Assembly (NCBI GenBank): GCA_032128115.1
Contig: JAQBHB010000034.1
Coordinates: 1 to 58,332 of the forward strand
Direction: 5' to 3'
DNA from: Deltaproteobacteria bacterium
GTDB taxonomy: Bacteria > Myxococcota_A > UBA9160 > SMWR01
DNA length: 58,332 nt
Every line of letters starts with the position of its first letter. Within the stretch, counting starts at the first letter, position 1. The translations under genes were made by a program, and so were the position numbers. The notes beneath the pieces are model-generated. The model made no database searches and was not told the DNA's origin. It worked only from the letters and a program-made list of their open reading frames with translations. Shown one piece after another: positions 30,424-39,963 of this stretch.

Positions 30424-31476
30424 ATGACCCGCCCCGAGTTCGTTCTCGGAATCGAGAGTTCGTGCGACGAGATGGCAGCTGCCGTGGTTCGCGGTGGCAG
30501 CGAGATCGTCGCCAGCGTGGTCCAGGGTCAGGACACGGTTCACCGGCCCTACGGCGGCGTGGTGCCCGAGCTGGCCTCCCGTGACCACGTCCGCACGGTG
30601 AGCGCCGTGGTGGACGCCGCCCTGCAACAGGCCGGCCTGTCGCTGGAACGAGTGGATGCGGTGGCGGTGACGGCGGGCCCGGGACTCGTGGGCTCGCTGC
30701 TGGTGGGTCTGTCGTTCGGCAAGGCGCTGGCCTATCGCCTGGGCATCCCCCTGGTGGGCGTACACCATGTGGTGGGTCACCTGACTTCGGCCGAGCTGGC
30801 GGATGCGAGCCTGCGGCCGCCCTACCTGGGCCTGGTGGTTTCGGGCGCCCACACCGCGCTCTACCGCGTGGCGGAGGACGAGCCGCCCGAGATTCTGGGC
30901 GAGACCCGCGACGACGCGGTGGGCGAGGCCTTCGACAAGGTGGCGAAGCTTCTGGGCCTGCCGTATCCCGGCGGGCCCGCGGTCTCGGAGGCGGCCTCCC
31001 GGGGCGATGCCACCGCCGTCGACTTTCCGCGCCCACTGCTGTCCGACGCCGGTCTCGACTTCTCGTTCAGCGGCCTCAAGACGGCGGTGGCCCTGGAGGT
31101 TGCCCGGCGTGCCGGCGAGGGGCCTCTTTTGCCCGACCAGGTGGCGGATCTGGCGGCCTCGTTCCAGGCCGCGGCCGTCCAGGTGCTGGTGGAGCGTTCT
31201 CGACGGGCCCTGGCGCGCCAGGAGCTGGCGTGCCTGGCGGTGGTGGGGGGCGTGGCCGCGAACCGCGAGCTTCGTCGGCGCATGCAGGAGGCGGGCGAGC
31301 GCGATGGATTCCAGGTGGTGTTCCCCCCGTTGTCCCTGTGCACGGACAACGCGGCCATGATCGCCTCAGCGGGCTTCCGGTTGCTGGCCCGGGGAGAGCG
31401 CCACGGTCTCGCGCTCAACTCGTTCTCTCGGGTGCCGATCGGGATGGCGCCCTGGGCCCCCGCCGATCCCGCGTGA
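30424..31476 (+). CDS. tsaD: tRNA N6-adenosine threonylcarbamoyltransferase
   Basis: LGIESSCDE, GGVVPELASRDH, GPGL, ETRDDAVGEAFDK, FSFSGLKT, CTDNAAMIA. Confidence 0.95.
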   Translation: MTRPEFVLGIESSCDEMAAAVVRGGSEIVASVVQGQDTVHRPYGGVVPELASRDHVRTVSAVVDAALQQAGLSLERVDAVAVTAGPGLVGSLLVGLSFGKALAYRLGIPLVGVHHVVGHLTSAELADASLRPPYLGLVVSGAHTALYRVAEDEPPEILGETRDDAVGEAFDKVAKLLGLPYPGGPAVSEAASRGDATAVDFPRPLLSDAGLDFSFSGLKTAVALEVARRAGEGPLLPDQVADLAASFQAAAVQVLVERSRRALARQELACLAVVGGVAANRELRRRMQEAGERDGFQVVFPPLSLCTDNAAMIASAGFRLLARGERHGLALNSFSRVPIGMAPWAPADPA

Positions 31477-32318
31477 GCGCGGCGGTCGTTCGCTCCTTCC
31501 TGGAACGCCACGGACTGCTCGCGCGCCGCGACCTGGGCCAGAACTTCCTGTTCGACGAATCGCTGGCGCTGCGCCTTGCCGGGCTGGCGGGTGTGGAGCC
31601 CGGCGACACCGTGATCGAGATCGGCACGGGGCTGGGAACCCTGACCCGTGCGCTCGCCGCCCGCGCCGCTCGCGTGGTGACGCTGGAGATCGACGCGGGG
31701 CTGGTGCGTGGGTTGCGCGCCGACTCCCTGCTGCCAGAAGGAGTCGAGCTGATCCACGCGGACGTGCTCGAGGTCGACCTGCCGGGCCTGGTGCGCGACG
31801 CGAAAGCGCCGGTGCGCGTGGTCGCGAATCTTCCCTATTCGATTTCGGCTCCGGTCCTGCGTCGCTTGCTCGATCTGCGCGAGAGCCTGGTGGGCTGGTC
31901 CGTGATGATCCAGCGCGAAGTCGCGGATCGTCTGCTCGCCTCCTCCGGAACGCGCGCCTACGGTTCCCTCTCCGTGCTCCACGCGCTCACGGTGCAGATG
32001 GACAGGGCCATGCAGCTCGAGGCCGCCTGCTTCTATCCGGTGCCGCGAGTGCGTTCCACCTTCGTGCGCCTGTCGCCGATGTCGCCGCAGCCGTTGCGCG
32101 AGGGGGAACTCGCCTGGGTGGAGCGCGTGGTGCGCGCTGCGTTTTCGCACCGGCGCAAGACCCTGGTGAACGCGGTGCGCAGCGGAGGCCTGGCCCCGGT
32201 CCCGTCCGCGGCAACCGTGGTCGAAGCCCTGGAGTCCGGGGCGCTCGACCTGAAGGTCCGGGCCGAAGCGCTCACGCCCGATCAATTGCTCGCGTTGGCT
32301 CGTCATCTGGCTGTGTGA
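31473..32318 (+). CDS. rsmA: 16S rRNA adenine dimethyltransferase
   Basis: LGQNFL, IEIGTGLG, EID, VANLPY, QREVADRL, FYPVPRV, RRKTL, RAEAL. Confidence 0.93.
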   Translation: MSAAVVRSFLERHGLLARRDLGQNFLFDESLALRLAGLAGVEPGDTVIEIGTGLGTLTRALAARAARVVTLEIDAGLVRGLRADSLLPEGVELIHADVLEVDLPGLVRDAKAPVRVVANLPYSISAPVLRRLLDLRESLVGWSVMIQREVADRLLASSGTRAYGSLSVLHALTVQMDRAMQLEAACFYPVPRVRSTFVRLSPMSPQPLREGELAWVERVVRAAFSHRRKTLVNAVRSGGLAPVPSAATVVEALESGALDLKVRAEALTPDQLLALARHLAV

Positions 32319-32353
32319 GCGGCAGGCGAACCCCCCTCCAGTAAGCTGACGCA

Positions 32354-32635
32354 GTGGAGCCTGCCGAGCTGACGCAACAACTGGTGGATCTGGCCGAAGC
32401 GGCGGGCTTCCGGGTGCGGCCCGTGAAGGGCGCGGCCGTGGGGGAGGGCGATCCCACCGGCAGCGGAATCTGCCGCATCCAGGACCAGATCTGGGTCATG
32501 CTGGCCGCAACGGACTCCCTGGAGGACCAGATCGGGGTGCTGGTGCGCGCCCTGAAGGTCCACGCTCCCGACTTCCTGGAGGCTCGCTATCTGCCGCCAG
32601 CCCTGCGGGAACGCCTGCTCGGAGACCCGGCTTGA
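32354..32635 (+). CDS. Hypothetical protein
   Basis: 93-aa ORF with GC3 bias; SGICRI...YLPPALRERL. Confidence 0.65.
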   Translation: MEPAELTQQLVDLAEAAGFRVRPVKGAAVGEGDPTGSGICRIQDQIWVMLAATDSLEDQIGVLVRALKVHAPDFLEARYLPPALRERLLGDPA

Positions 32636-32661
32636 CATTTCCAGAGCCAGCCCCATATCCT
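32632..32661 (+). promoter_or_regulatory. Putative sigma70 promoter of the panBC leader
   Basis: TTGACA (32632)-18 bp-TATCCT (32656). Confidence 0.6.
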
Positions 32662-32672
32662 TTCCGGATTGA

Positions 32673-32812
32673 GGGGTCTCGCACGGTGCGATCCCCATCG
32701 ATGACAAGAGGATGACAATAGGCCCGAGCGCTCAGGCGCCCGGAAGCTGAGACGCCGCCTCGCAACGCCCAAATCAACGCTCGGATCCGCTTAGGACCGA
32801 GACGGGGGCGAT
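32673..32812 (+). ncRNA. Structured 5' leader of panBC, probably a pan RNA motif
   Basis: Bulged hairpin CTCGG-A-TCC-GCTTA-GGA-CCGAG followed by ACGG, upstream of panB; pan motif RNAs are known upstream of pantothenate genes in deltaproteobacteria. Confidence 0.6.
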
Positions 32813-32858
32813 CGAAGGCACGCTCGCGGAATCGCGAACTCGCGATCGCGAGGGATGC

Positions 32859-32897
32859 CGCGCCTCCGGTTTCAACCGGCAGGCGCGTTTTTGTTTT
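32859..32897 (+). terminator. Intrinsic terminator (attenuator) upstream of panB
   Basis: CGCGCCT-CCGGT-TTCA-ACCGG-C-AGGCGCG followed by TTTTTGTTTT. Confidence 0.85.
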
Positions 32898-32932
32898 CTG
32901 GGGCCCCACGCGCACGGGACGCGGAGGCGCCG

Positions 32933-33760
32933 ATGTCCACGGTCACCGCCGAATCCACCCGAGAGCATCGCATCACGGTTCCCGTGCTCGCACGCCGCAA
33001 GCGTCGCGGACACAAGATCACGATGCTCACCGCCTACGACTACACGTTCGCCACGCTCTTCGACCAGGCCGCGATCGACATCCTGTTGGTGGGAGACTCG
33101 CTGGGAAACGTCGTACAGGGCCGAGACACGACCCTGCCGGTAACCCTGGACGAGTCGATCTACCACACGCGCCTGGTGGCGCGCGGCGCGCGACGCGCGC
33201 TGGTGGTGGGCGACATGCCCTTCGGCAGCTACCAGGTGTCGCCAGAGGATGCCGTTCGCAATGCCATCCGGTTCCTCAAGGAGGGCGGCGCCCACGCCGT
33301 GAAGCTCGAGGGGGGTGTGGCGATGGCCGCCAGCATCCAGCGCATCGTGAATGCTTCGATTCCCGTGATGGCGCATGTGGGCCTCACGCCCCAGGCGATC
33401 CATTGCATGGGCGGGCATCGCGTGCAGGGGCGCAGCGAATCGGGGCGCCAACGCGTGATTGCGGATGCCCTGGCTGTCCAGGAAGCCGGGGCCTTCGCCG
33501 TGGTGCTCGAGGGGATGCCCCGATCGCTGGCGGCCGAGATCACGGCGCGCCTCGCGATCCCCACGATCGGAATCGGTGCCGGTCTCGATTGCGACGGCCA
33601 GGTGCTGGTCATGCACGACCTGCTGGGTCTCTCGGACTCGACGCCCAGTTTCGCCAAGCAGTATGCCAACCTGGGGGCGCTGGCATCCCAGGCGGCACGG
33701 AACTTCGCCGACGAGGTGACCAACGGGAAGTTCCCGGACGAGGCGCACTCGTACCGGTAG
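32933..33760 (+). CDS. panB: 3-methyl-2-oxobutanoate hydroxymethyltransferase
   Basis: ITMLTAYD, LVGDSLG, GDMPFGSY, VKLEGG, HVGLTPQ, CDGQVLV. Confidence 0.96.
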   Translation: MSTVTAESTREHRITVPVLARRKRRGHKITMLTAYDYTFATLFDQAAIDILLVGDSLGNVVQGRDTTLPVTLDESIYHTRLVARGARRALVVGDMPFGSYQVSPEDAVRNAIRFLKEGGAHAVKLEGGVAMAASIQRIVNASIPVMAHVGLTPQAIHCMGGHRVQGRSESGRQRVIADALAVQEAGAFAVVLEGMPRSLAAEITARLAIPTIGIGAGLDCDGQVLVMHDLLGLSDSTPSFAKQYANLGALASQAARNFADEVTNGKFPDEAHSYR

Positions 33761-33764
33761 CTCC

Positions 33765-34646
33765 ATGCGCATCGTCGAGAGCGTGCCCGAACTCCAGGCC
33801 CTGGCCGACCGGGAGCGGGAGGCCGGGCTGCGCATCGCCCTGGTGCCCACCATGGGCGCCCTGCACGCGGGACACCTGTCGCTGGTGGCGGAGGCGCGAA
33901 GGCGTGCCGACCGGGTCTGGGTGTCGATCTTCGTGAACCCCGCCCAGTTCAACGACCCGCGCGATCTTGCGGCCTATCCGCGCACGCTGGAGTCGGACCT
34001 GGCCGCGTGTCGCGAGGCCGGGGTCGACGCGGTCTTCACGCCGGCGCCGGACGCCCTGTATCCCGTCGGCAATCAGAGCTGGGTCGAGGTGACCGAACTC
34101 TCCCGATCCCTGTGCGGCGCCTCCCGCCCAGGTCACTTCCGGGGCGTCACCACGGTGGTGGCGAAGCTGCTGCTGGCGGCCAAGCCCCATGTGGCCGTCT
34201 TCGGTGAAAAAGACTTCCAGCAGCTCGCCGTGATCCGGCAGATGACCCGCGACCTGGGCTTCGACGTGGAGATCGTCGGCGCCCCCACTGTTCGCGAGGA
34301 GGACGGGGTGGCGCTTTCGAGCCGCAACGCGCGTCTGGATCCCGAGGCCCGGAGCCAGGCCCGGGTGCTGGTGCGGGCCCTGGCGGCGGCGGAGGCGGCC
34401 GTGGCCGCCGACGAATGCGACCGGGAGCGCCTGCTGCAGCGGGTGCGCGAAGAGATCGCCAGGTCGTCGCGCGCCCAGGTCGATTATGTGGAGCTGTGCG
34501 ATCCGGACACGCTGGCCCCTGCGCCAGCTCGCCTGGCCGGCCGCACCCTGCTCGCCCTGGCGATCTGCTTCGCGGCGCCCGCGGGAAGCACGGAGCCCGG
34601 CGTTCGCCTGATCGACAACCGGATTCTCGAGCCCCGGAGCCCCTGA
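33765..34646 (+). CDS. panC: Pantoate--beta-alanine ligase
   Basis: VPTMGALHAGH, SIFVNPAQF, RPGHFRGV, FGEKDFQQ, LSSRN, RLIDN. Confidence 0.96.
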   Translation: MRIVESVPELQALADREREAGLRIALVPTMGALHAGHLSLVAEARRRADRVWVSIFVNPAQFNDPRDLAAYPRTLESDLAACREAGVDAVFTPAPDALYPVGNQSWVEVTELSRSLCGASRPGHFRGVTTVVAKLLLAAKPHVAVFGEKDFQQLAVIRQMTRDLGFDVEIVGAPTVREEDGVALSSRNARLDPEARSQARVLVRALAAAEAAVAADECDRERLLQRVREEIARSSRAQVDYVELCDPDTLAPAPARLAGRTLLALAICFAAPAGSTEPGVRLIDNRILEPRSP

Positions 34647-34689
34647 GGCGCGCGCAGCGCTCGTCCGAAATCGTTACCCTCGGGGGGCG

Positions 34690-35166
34690 ATGGCCGGAGA
34701 GCTTTCGGAACGAAAAGTCATCGCGACCAACCGCCGGGCGCGTTACGAGTACGAGATCCTCGACACCTTCGAGGCGGGCCTCGCGTTGCTCGGCCCCGAG
34801 GTGAAGTCGCTGCGCGAGGGCCGGGTGAATCTCGCCGAGGCGTACGCGATGATCCGGCGTGGCGAAGTCTTCCTGATCGGCGCCCACATCAGCCCCTACC
34901 TGCAGGCGGCTCGCGCCAACTCGAATCCGCTGCGGGAGCGCAAGCTGCTGCTGCACCGGGCCGAGATCGGTCGCCTCGAGAGCCGCGTGGCCGAGCGCGG
35001 ATTTACCCTGGTTCCGTTGTCGATCTACTTCAAGAACGGTCGGGCCAAGGTGGAGTTGGCCGTGGCGCGCGGTCGGCGTCGCCACGACAAGCGCGAGGCG
35101 ATCCGAAGCCGTGAAAACGACCGTGAGATGCAGCGCGCCGTCCGCGCCAGGAATCGTCGCTCGTGA
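34690..35166 (+). CDS. smpB: SsrA-binding protein
   Basis: NRRARYEY, EAGLALLGPEVKSLR, RERKLLLH, HDKRE. Confidence 0.96.
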   Translation: MAGELSERKVIATNRRARYEYEILDTFEAGLALLGPEVKSLREGRVNLAEAYAMIRRGEVFLIGAHISPYLQAARANSNPLRERKLLLHRAEIGRLESRVAERGFTLVPLSIYFKNGRAKVELAVARGRRRHDKREAIRSRENDREMQRAVRARNRRS

Positions 35167-36482
35167 GGCTGATGCTGGCCACGGCGCTGGGGCTTGCCCT
35201 GGGGGCCGGCGGCTGGCAGTGCAGCGCTCACAGTGGCCTGCCCATCTCCGACGAGGCCTATGGTCCCGACCGCCGCGACTACCTGGAATTTCGCGGCGAG
35301 CACGCTGACCTGCTCGAGCCCAACTACCTGCCCTTCATGACCTATCGCTTCCGTGGGCCGGAAGGCGAGGGGGATCTGTTGGTCTTCTGCCGTTGGCCCG
35401 AAGAGGCGATGCCGCTTCCCATCTACATCCACACGCCAGAGATCCCGAATCGACTCCAGGACGAATTCGATCCGCGCGAACCCGCCGAGTACGTGGAGGC
35501 GGTGCAGGCCGCCCTCGGCATCTGGGAGTACGAGCTCGAGAACGAGGTGGGCTTTCGGCGCGTGTCGCGCCCCGAGGACGCGGCGATCGAGATCGTTCTC
35601 GAGGCGCGCGCGGGTCCCGAGCCCGACGCAGATCGCCGGGTGCTGGGTCGCGTGGGTCTGCGCAAGGCCTGCCAGGCGGAGGATTGGGCCGCTCCCGGCG
35701 AACGCCTGGCGGTGCAATTCCAGGTTCCCGAGGTGCGCCTCTACGTGGCCGACGATTTCGGGCTGCTCGCTCCCGAGCAGGTGCAGTGGATCGCGCTGCA
35801 TGAGATCGGCCACGCCCTGGGCATGCGCTTTCACAGCCCGATTCCCGCTGACATCATGTACGAGCGGGTTCGCGACCGGGCCCAGGTCAAGGGTCTCTCC
35901 AGCGAGGATGCCAACTCGTTCCTTGCCCTCTACCGGCTTCCCAACGGCACGGTGTTCCGGCGCCTTCCGGCCGCCGAGACGATTGCCCGCGTGCCGCATC
36001 GCCCCCCGAGCGGACCACCCAGGCTGGAACTGGCCCCGCATGTGGATTCGCGCCGCGGCTTCAGCCTCAACCCGCCCGAGGGCTGGGTGCGCAGCGAGAC
36101 CTCCATGGGAATGGTCGCGGTGGAAGGGGTCACGTGGGACTACACCTCGTCGTTCCAGGTGGTCGTGCACCGCTATCCGACCCTGGAGGCCTTCTTCGAG
36201 CGCTACGGGGGGCACTACGTGAGCCGCGGGCGCATCCGGCGCGACGAGCTGGTGCGCGTGGACGGACGGCGCGCCCGCCACCTCTCGATCGAGAACCGCG
36301 AAGTGGACGCGGCCGAGGAGATCACGTTCATCGAATCCGGCGATGGACGCGTCTTCGTGGTGATCGCCGATTGCCCCGTGGACGAAATCGAGGCCTATCG
36401 GCCCTGGTTCGCCGCGACGATCGCATCCCTCGAGATCTGGCGCGAACCGGATCGCGCGCGAACGGGCGGCGGCGCTCGCTGA
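35163..36482 (+). CDS. Secreted matrixin-like zinc metalloprotease with extra C-terminal domain
   Basis: Signal peptide; HEIGHALGMRFH plus Met-turn DIMY; C-terminal GFSLNPPEGW (PsbP-like start). Confidence 0.75.
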   Translation: MRLMLATALGLALGAGGWQCSAHSGLPISDEAYGPDRRDYLEFRGEHADLLEPNYLPFMTYRFRGPEGEGDLLVFCRWPEEAMPLPIYIHTPEIPNRLQDEFDPREPAEYVEAVQAALGIWEYELENEVGFRRVSRPEDAAIEIVLEARAGPEPDADRRVLGRVGLRKACQAEDWAAPGERLAVQFQVPEVRLYVADDFGLLAPEQVQWIALHEIGHALGMRFHSPIPADIMYERVRDRAQVKGLSSEDANSFLALYRLPNGTVFRRLPAAETIARVPHRPPSGPPRLELAPHVDSRRGFSLNPPEGWVRSETSMGMVAVEGVTWDYTSSFQVVVHRYPTLEAFFERYGGHYVSRGRIRRDELVRVDGRRARHLSIENREVDAAEEITFIESGDGRVFVVIADCPVDEIEAYRPWFAATIASLEIWREPDRARTGGGAR

Positions 36483-36484
36483 TC

Positions 36485-38086
36485 ATGATCTCGTCCTCGC
36501 CGGTGCATCGCGCGCTCCTCCTGTTGCTGATGACGGCTTATGTCCTGTGGGGCGCGCTCTACATCGCCCGCACCAGCATCACTGTGGACGGCGTGCAGTA
36601 CTTCACGCTCTGGGACGACGGCATGATCTCCATGCGCTACGCCGAGAACCTGGTTTCCGGCGCGGGCCTGCGCTGGAACCCGGAGGGCGACCCCGTGCAG
36701 GGCATCACCAACCCGGGGGTCTGTCTGGTGATGGCGGCCCTGCAACTGCTTCCCCCGGAGCCCGCCCGGGCGGCACTGGCGTTCCAGATCTTCAACCTGG
36801 CGCTCCTGGCGGGGATCCTGTGGCTCGTGGTGCGGATCGGCCCGCTGCTGTTCGAGGGCGATGTCCGCGTGGGGCTCGCCGCGGGTCTGGCCAGCGTGCT
36901 GTACGCGCCGCTGGCGATCTGGTCGCTTCAGGGCTCCGACGTGGCGATCATCGCGGCGCTGACCCTGCTGGCCCTGTGGCGGGTGCTCGACCATCTGGAG
37001 CGCACGGGCGAGTGGCCGCTCGACGTGTTCGCGATCCTGGCCGTGGGCGTCGTGATGCGACTGGACACGAGTGTCGTCTACGCGGTGTTTGTCGCGGGTT
37101 CGCTGCTGCTGGGAAGACGCCGCCTCGCCACCGCGGCCCTGGGCGGCGCCCTGCTGGTGGCGATGTGGGCGGCTTTGATGGGGTTCGGGGCGCTCTACTA
37201 CGGAGATCCGCTCCCCAACACGTATTACCTGAAGGCCACCGGCTCGCCCCGGCGCTACATGTTCGAGAGCGCTTTCCGTCAGTTCGTGTTCCTGGCGACC
37301 ACGGCCCTCACGCCGCTCTGGCTGCTCGTGGGGGTGCCGACGCTCATCGCCTTCAAGGCCGCCGACCGCCGCATCTGGCTCGCAGCGGGTCTCGTGGCTG
37401 CGGTGGTCGGCTATCACTTCTGGACGGGCGGCGACTGGGTGTACGGTCGTACCAGTCGCTTCGTGGTTCCGGTGATGCCGGTAGTGATCTTGTTGTGCGT
37501 GGGAAGCGCGCGCACGCTGATCGCCCACCGGTTGCCCAGGGTACTGAGCACCCGCGCCGGCGCCATGCTGATGGCGGCGGTCGGAATCCTGGCCTCGCTG
37601 GTGGTTCATCCGCCCGAGGCGCAGCGCGAGTGGCTCGACCCGAGCAGTGCCACGATGTTCAAACGCGAGAACCGCGAGAACATCCGATACGGGATCTGGC
37701 TCGGGCAGGCCACGCGGCCCGAAACCAGCGTGGCCCTGCACTGGGCGGGAACCGTGGCCTTCCTGGCCCGCCGCCCCGCCATCGACGTACTCGGGCGGTC
37801 CGACCGCCACATCGCCCGACTCCAGGTAGATCGTTTCGCGCCCGGTCACTCCAAGTGGGATTGGGACTACGTGCTGGAGGAGCGCCGGCCCGACGTGATC
37901 GTTCGCACGAGCCGCGGACTCGCGGCCCATCCCGCGTTTCTGCGCGACTACGTGCGGGCGGAGGTCGAGGGCGTCGGGAGCCTCTACGTGCGCAAGACGT
38001 CGCTCGATCGACTCATCGATCCGGGTGGTCTCGAGTTGTTCAATGTGGGGCTCGATCGCTCGCGCTGGACGCCCGCGGGCCGCTAG
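36485..38086 (+). CDS. GT-C superfamily membrane glycosyltransferase
   Basis: DDGMISMRYAENL..G.GLRWN, YYGDPLPNTYYLK, GGDW...RF..P, ID.LG; multi-TM. Confidence 0.75.
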   Translation: MISSSPVHRALLLLLMTAYVLWGALYIARTSITVDGVQYFTLWDDGMISMRYAENLVSGAGLRWNPEGDPVQGITNPGVCLVMAALQLLPPEPARAALAFQIFNLALLAGILWLVVRIGPLLFEGDVRVGLAAGLASVLYAPLAIWSLQGSDVAIIAALTLLALWRVLDHLERTGEWPLDVFAILAVGVVMRLDTSVVYAVFVAGSLLLGRRRLATAALGGALLVAMWAALMGFGALYYGDPLPNTYYLKATGSPRRYMFESAFRQFVFLATTALTPLWLLVGVPTLIAFKAADRRIWLAAGLVAAVVGYHFWTGGDWVYGRTSRFVVPVMPVVILLCVGSARTLIAHRLPRVLSTRAGAMLMAAVGILASLVVHPPEAQREWLDPSSATMFKRENRENIRYGIWLGQATRPETSVALHWAGTVAFLARRPAIDVLGRSDRHIARLQVDRFAPGHSKWDWDYVLEERRPDVIVRTSRGLAAHPAFLRDYVRAEVEGVGSLYVRKTSLDRLIDPGGLELFNVGLDRSRWTPAGR

Positions 38087-39710
38087 CCGAGGCGGCCTGA
38101 AGCTTCTGCAAGGCCGCCTCGATGGCCGGGTTGTCCGGATCCAGGCGGTGCGCCCGCTGCAACGAGTCTTGCGCCTCCGGGAGGTGACCCGTCCGCAGCC
38201 AGCGCAGGCCGCTGCGCAACAACGCCTCCACGTTGTCCGGGTCCAGCTGCAGGGCCGCGTGCAGGGCACGCATGGCGCCCCGGTCGTCGTCCCTGCCGCG
38301 GGCGATGCGCGCCTGTACCAGGTAGCCCTCGGCGGTGGGGTGGAGCGCCAGGCTGCGCTCGACGTTCTCGGCTGCGGCATCCGCATCGCCCACCGCAAGC
38401 GCTTCGCGTGCCACGATCAGGCGCGTGCGGGCGCTGTCGCGCCCCAGCCAGCGGCGGCGGGCCTGCACGCTGGACAGACGCTGCAGATCGTCGTCCGCCC
38501 GGGCGCGCCCCGCGAGGCCGTCGTCTACGAACAGACCGAGCGACACGATGAACGAGAGGGCGCCCGTGGCCCACAGGGCCCGGGAGGCCCACGCGAAACG
38601 CGGCGCGGTTGCCGCCGCCGCGGGACTCGCCTCCGCATCGTCCGGGCTGCGCAGCAGCGCACGCGCAATGCGACCGTCGCGCAGTTTCCAGATCGCGCCA
38701 TCCAGGACGAAGTGGTGGAGGTTCACCACCGAGGCGGTCACGAGTCCGAGGCCCATGTCGTAGGGCAGGCGTCCCAGCAGCCCCGGGGCGAACAACAGTG
38801 CGGGCAGGAACCACACGGCGCTCCCCGCCAGCAGGGTTCTTCCCAGGTATCGCAGGCGCCCGGCGGCGCGTTCGGACGCGGCCGCGTAATAGGTGGTGAT
38901 CCACAGGTACTGGAGGAAGTGTCCCACCGCGACCCACATGAGCGCGTAGGCGCGGTACTCGTGCCGGAAGGGGTCGAGTCCCCAGGCGCTGCCCAGGGTC
39001 GGCAGTGCGAACCAGAGCGACTGGGTGAGCGTCACGATTGCGGTGGGAAGCAGGTCGCGCCAGGCGGCGCCTCGCGAGAGCCGTCGGGCCGCGCCTACGA
39101 GACAGATCCCGTAGGCGATCCAGAGCATGCCGGACAGCAGGCCCCCTGCGCCCAGGGGAATTTCCAGGCTCATGAAGTGCAGCAGCGTCCCCTCGTACGA
39201 CCCGGGGGCGTACTGCGCCGAACCCGTCTGGCCGTGGAGCGCCACGAAAACCATGAAATAGGGAAGCACGAAGCAGCCGTAGATCAGCCGCTTGGTGGTG
39301 CGATCGAACGCGACACCGCGTCGCCGCAGGAACAAAAGGGCGACCCCGTAGTTCTGACCCGAGTAGTGCCAGGGACTCCAGGTGAGATACAGGGTGACGA
39401 GCGCCGAACCGACCGCCAGGCTGTAGATCCCTGCAACGTACGCAACGACCAGCAGGATCGTGATCCACACGGCGAACACCGCGTACTTCCGGCGGCTTTC
39501 GCGCTGCTGGTAGACCCGCAACAGCGTGGCGCCGTAGTGGGGCGCCCCGAGCAACAGGGTGAGCAGCGGCAACAGGCTGTAGGGCAGGGCCGTACGAAGC
39601 CCGCTTCCGGCCAACGCCTGCCACACGAAAAGCAGGCCGTAGATCAGCCCACACCCGAATGCCAGATCGGAAACGGGACCGAAGAACCAGCGTCTCTGAG
39701 GGGAATTCAT
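38040..39710 (-). CDS. Multi-pass membrane protein with His motifs and C-terminal TPRs
   Basis: PHYGATL, WHYSGQNYG, GHFLQY, HHFVLDGAIWKLR; TPR-like ALQLDPDN, AHRLDPDN. Confidence 0.75.
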   Translation of the reverse strand: MNSPQRRWFFGPVSDLAFGCGLIYGLLFVWQALAGSGLRTALPYSLLPLLTLLLGAPHYGATLLRVYQQRESRRKYAVFAVWITILLVVAYVAGIYSLAVGSALVTLYLTWSPWHYSGQNYGVALLFLRRRGVAFDRTTKRLIYGCFVLPYFMVFVALHGQTGSAQYAPGSYEGTLLHFMSLEIPLGAGGLLSGMLWIAYGICLVGAARRLSRGAAWRDLLPTAIVTLTQSLWFALPTLGSAWGLDPFRHEYRAYALMWVAVGHFLQYLWITTYYAAASERAAGRLRYLGRTLLAGSAVWFLPALLFAPGLLGRLPYDMGLGLVTASVVNLHHFVLDGAIWKLRDGRIARALLRSPDDAEASPAAAATAPRFAWASRALWATGALSFIVSLGLFVDDGLAGRARADDDLQRLSSVQARRRWLGRDSARTRLIVAREALAVGDADAAAENVERSLALHPTAEGYLVQARIARGRDDDRGAMRALHAALQLDPDNVEALLRSGLRWLRTGHLPEAQDSLQRAHRLDPDNPAIEAALQKLQAASASGPRASSASDRAPH

Positions 39711-39963
39711 GGAAGCAGTGGGTGGAGCCAGGGAATTTCGGCTCATCCCACCACGAATTCACGAGTCGGTCAACCCGTTCGCCGCTGCGGGTGCAGACGG
39801 GAATGGTCGCCACCGGGGCAGTCCGGAGAGTTGTTTCATGGAGGTGCTCCCGGTCGCAGGGCCTGGGCGCCCCGACGGGGACGCCCAGGATTTTGCCCCG
39901 AATTCGGCCCTGGATCCCGCCCCCTGGGGTAGAATCGGCAGCAGCGGCGGATCGAGAGGGACA

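Noticed and set aside
39703..39762. Imperfect hairpin around the start of the His-motif membrane gene
   Set aside because: Mismatched stem with G-U pairs and an uncertain start codon; too weak to call regulatory.
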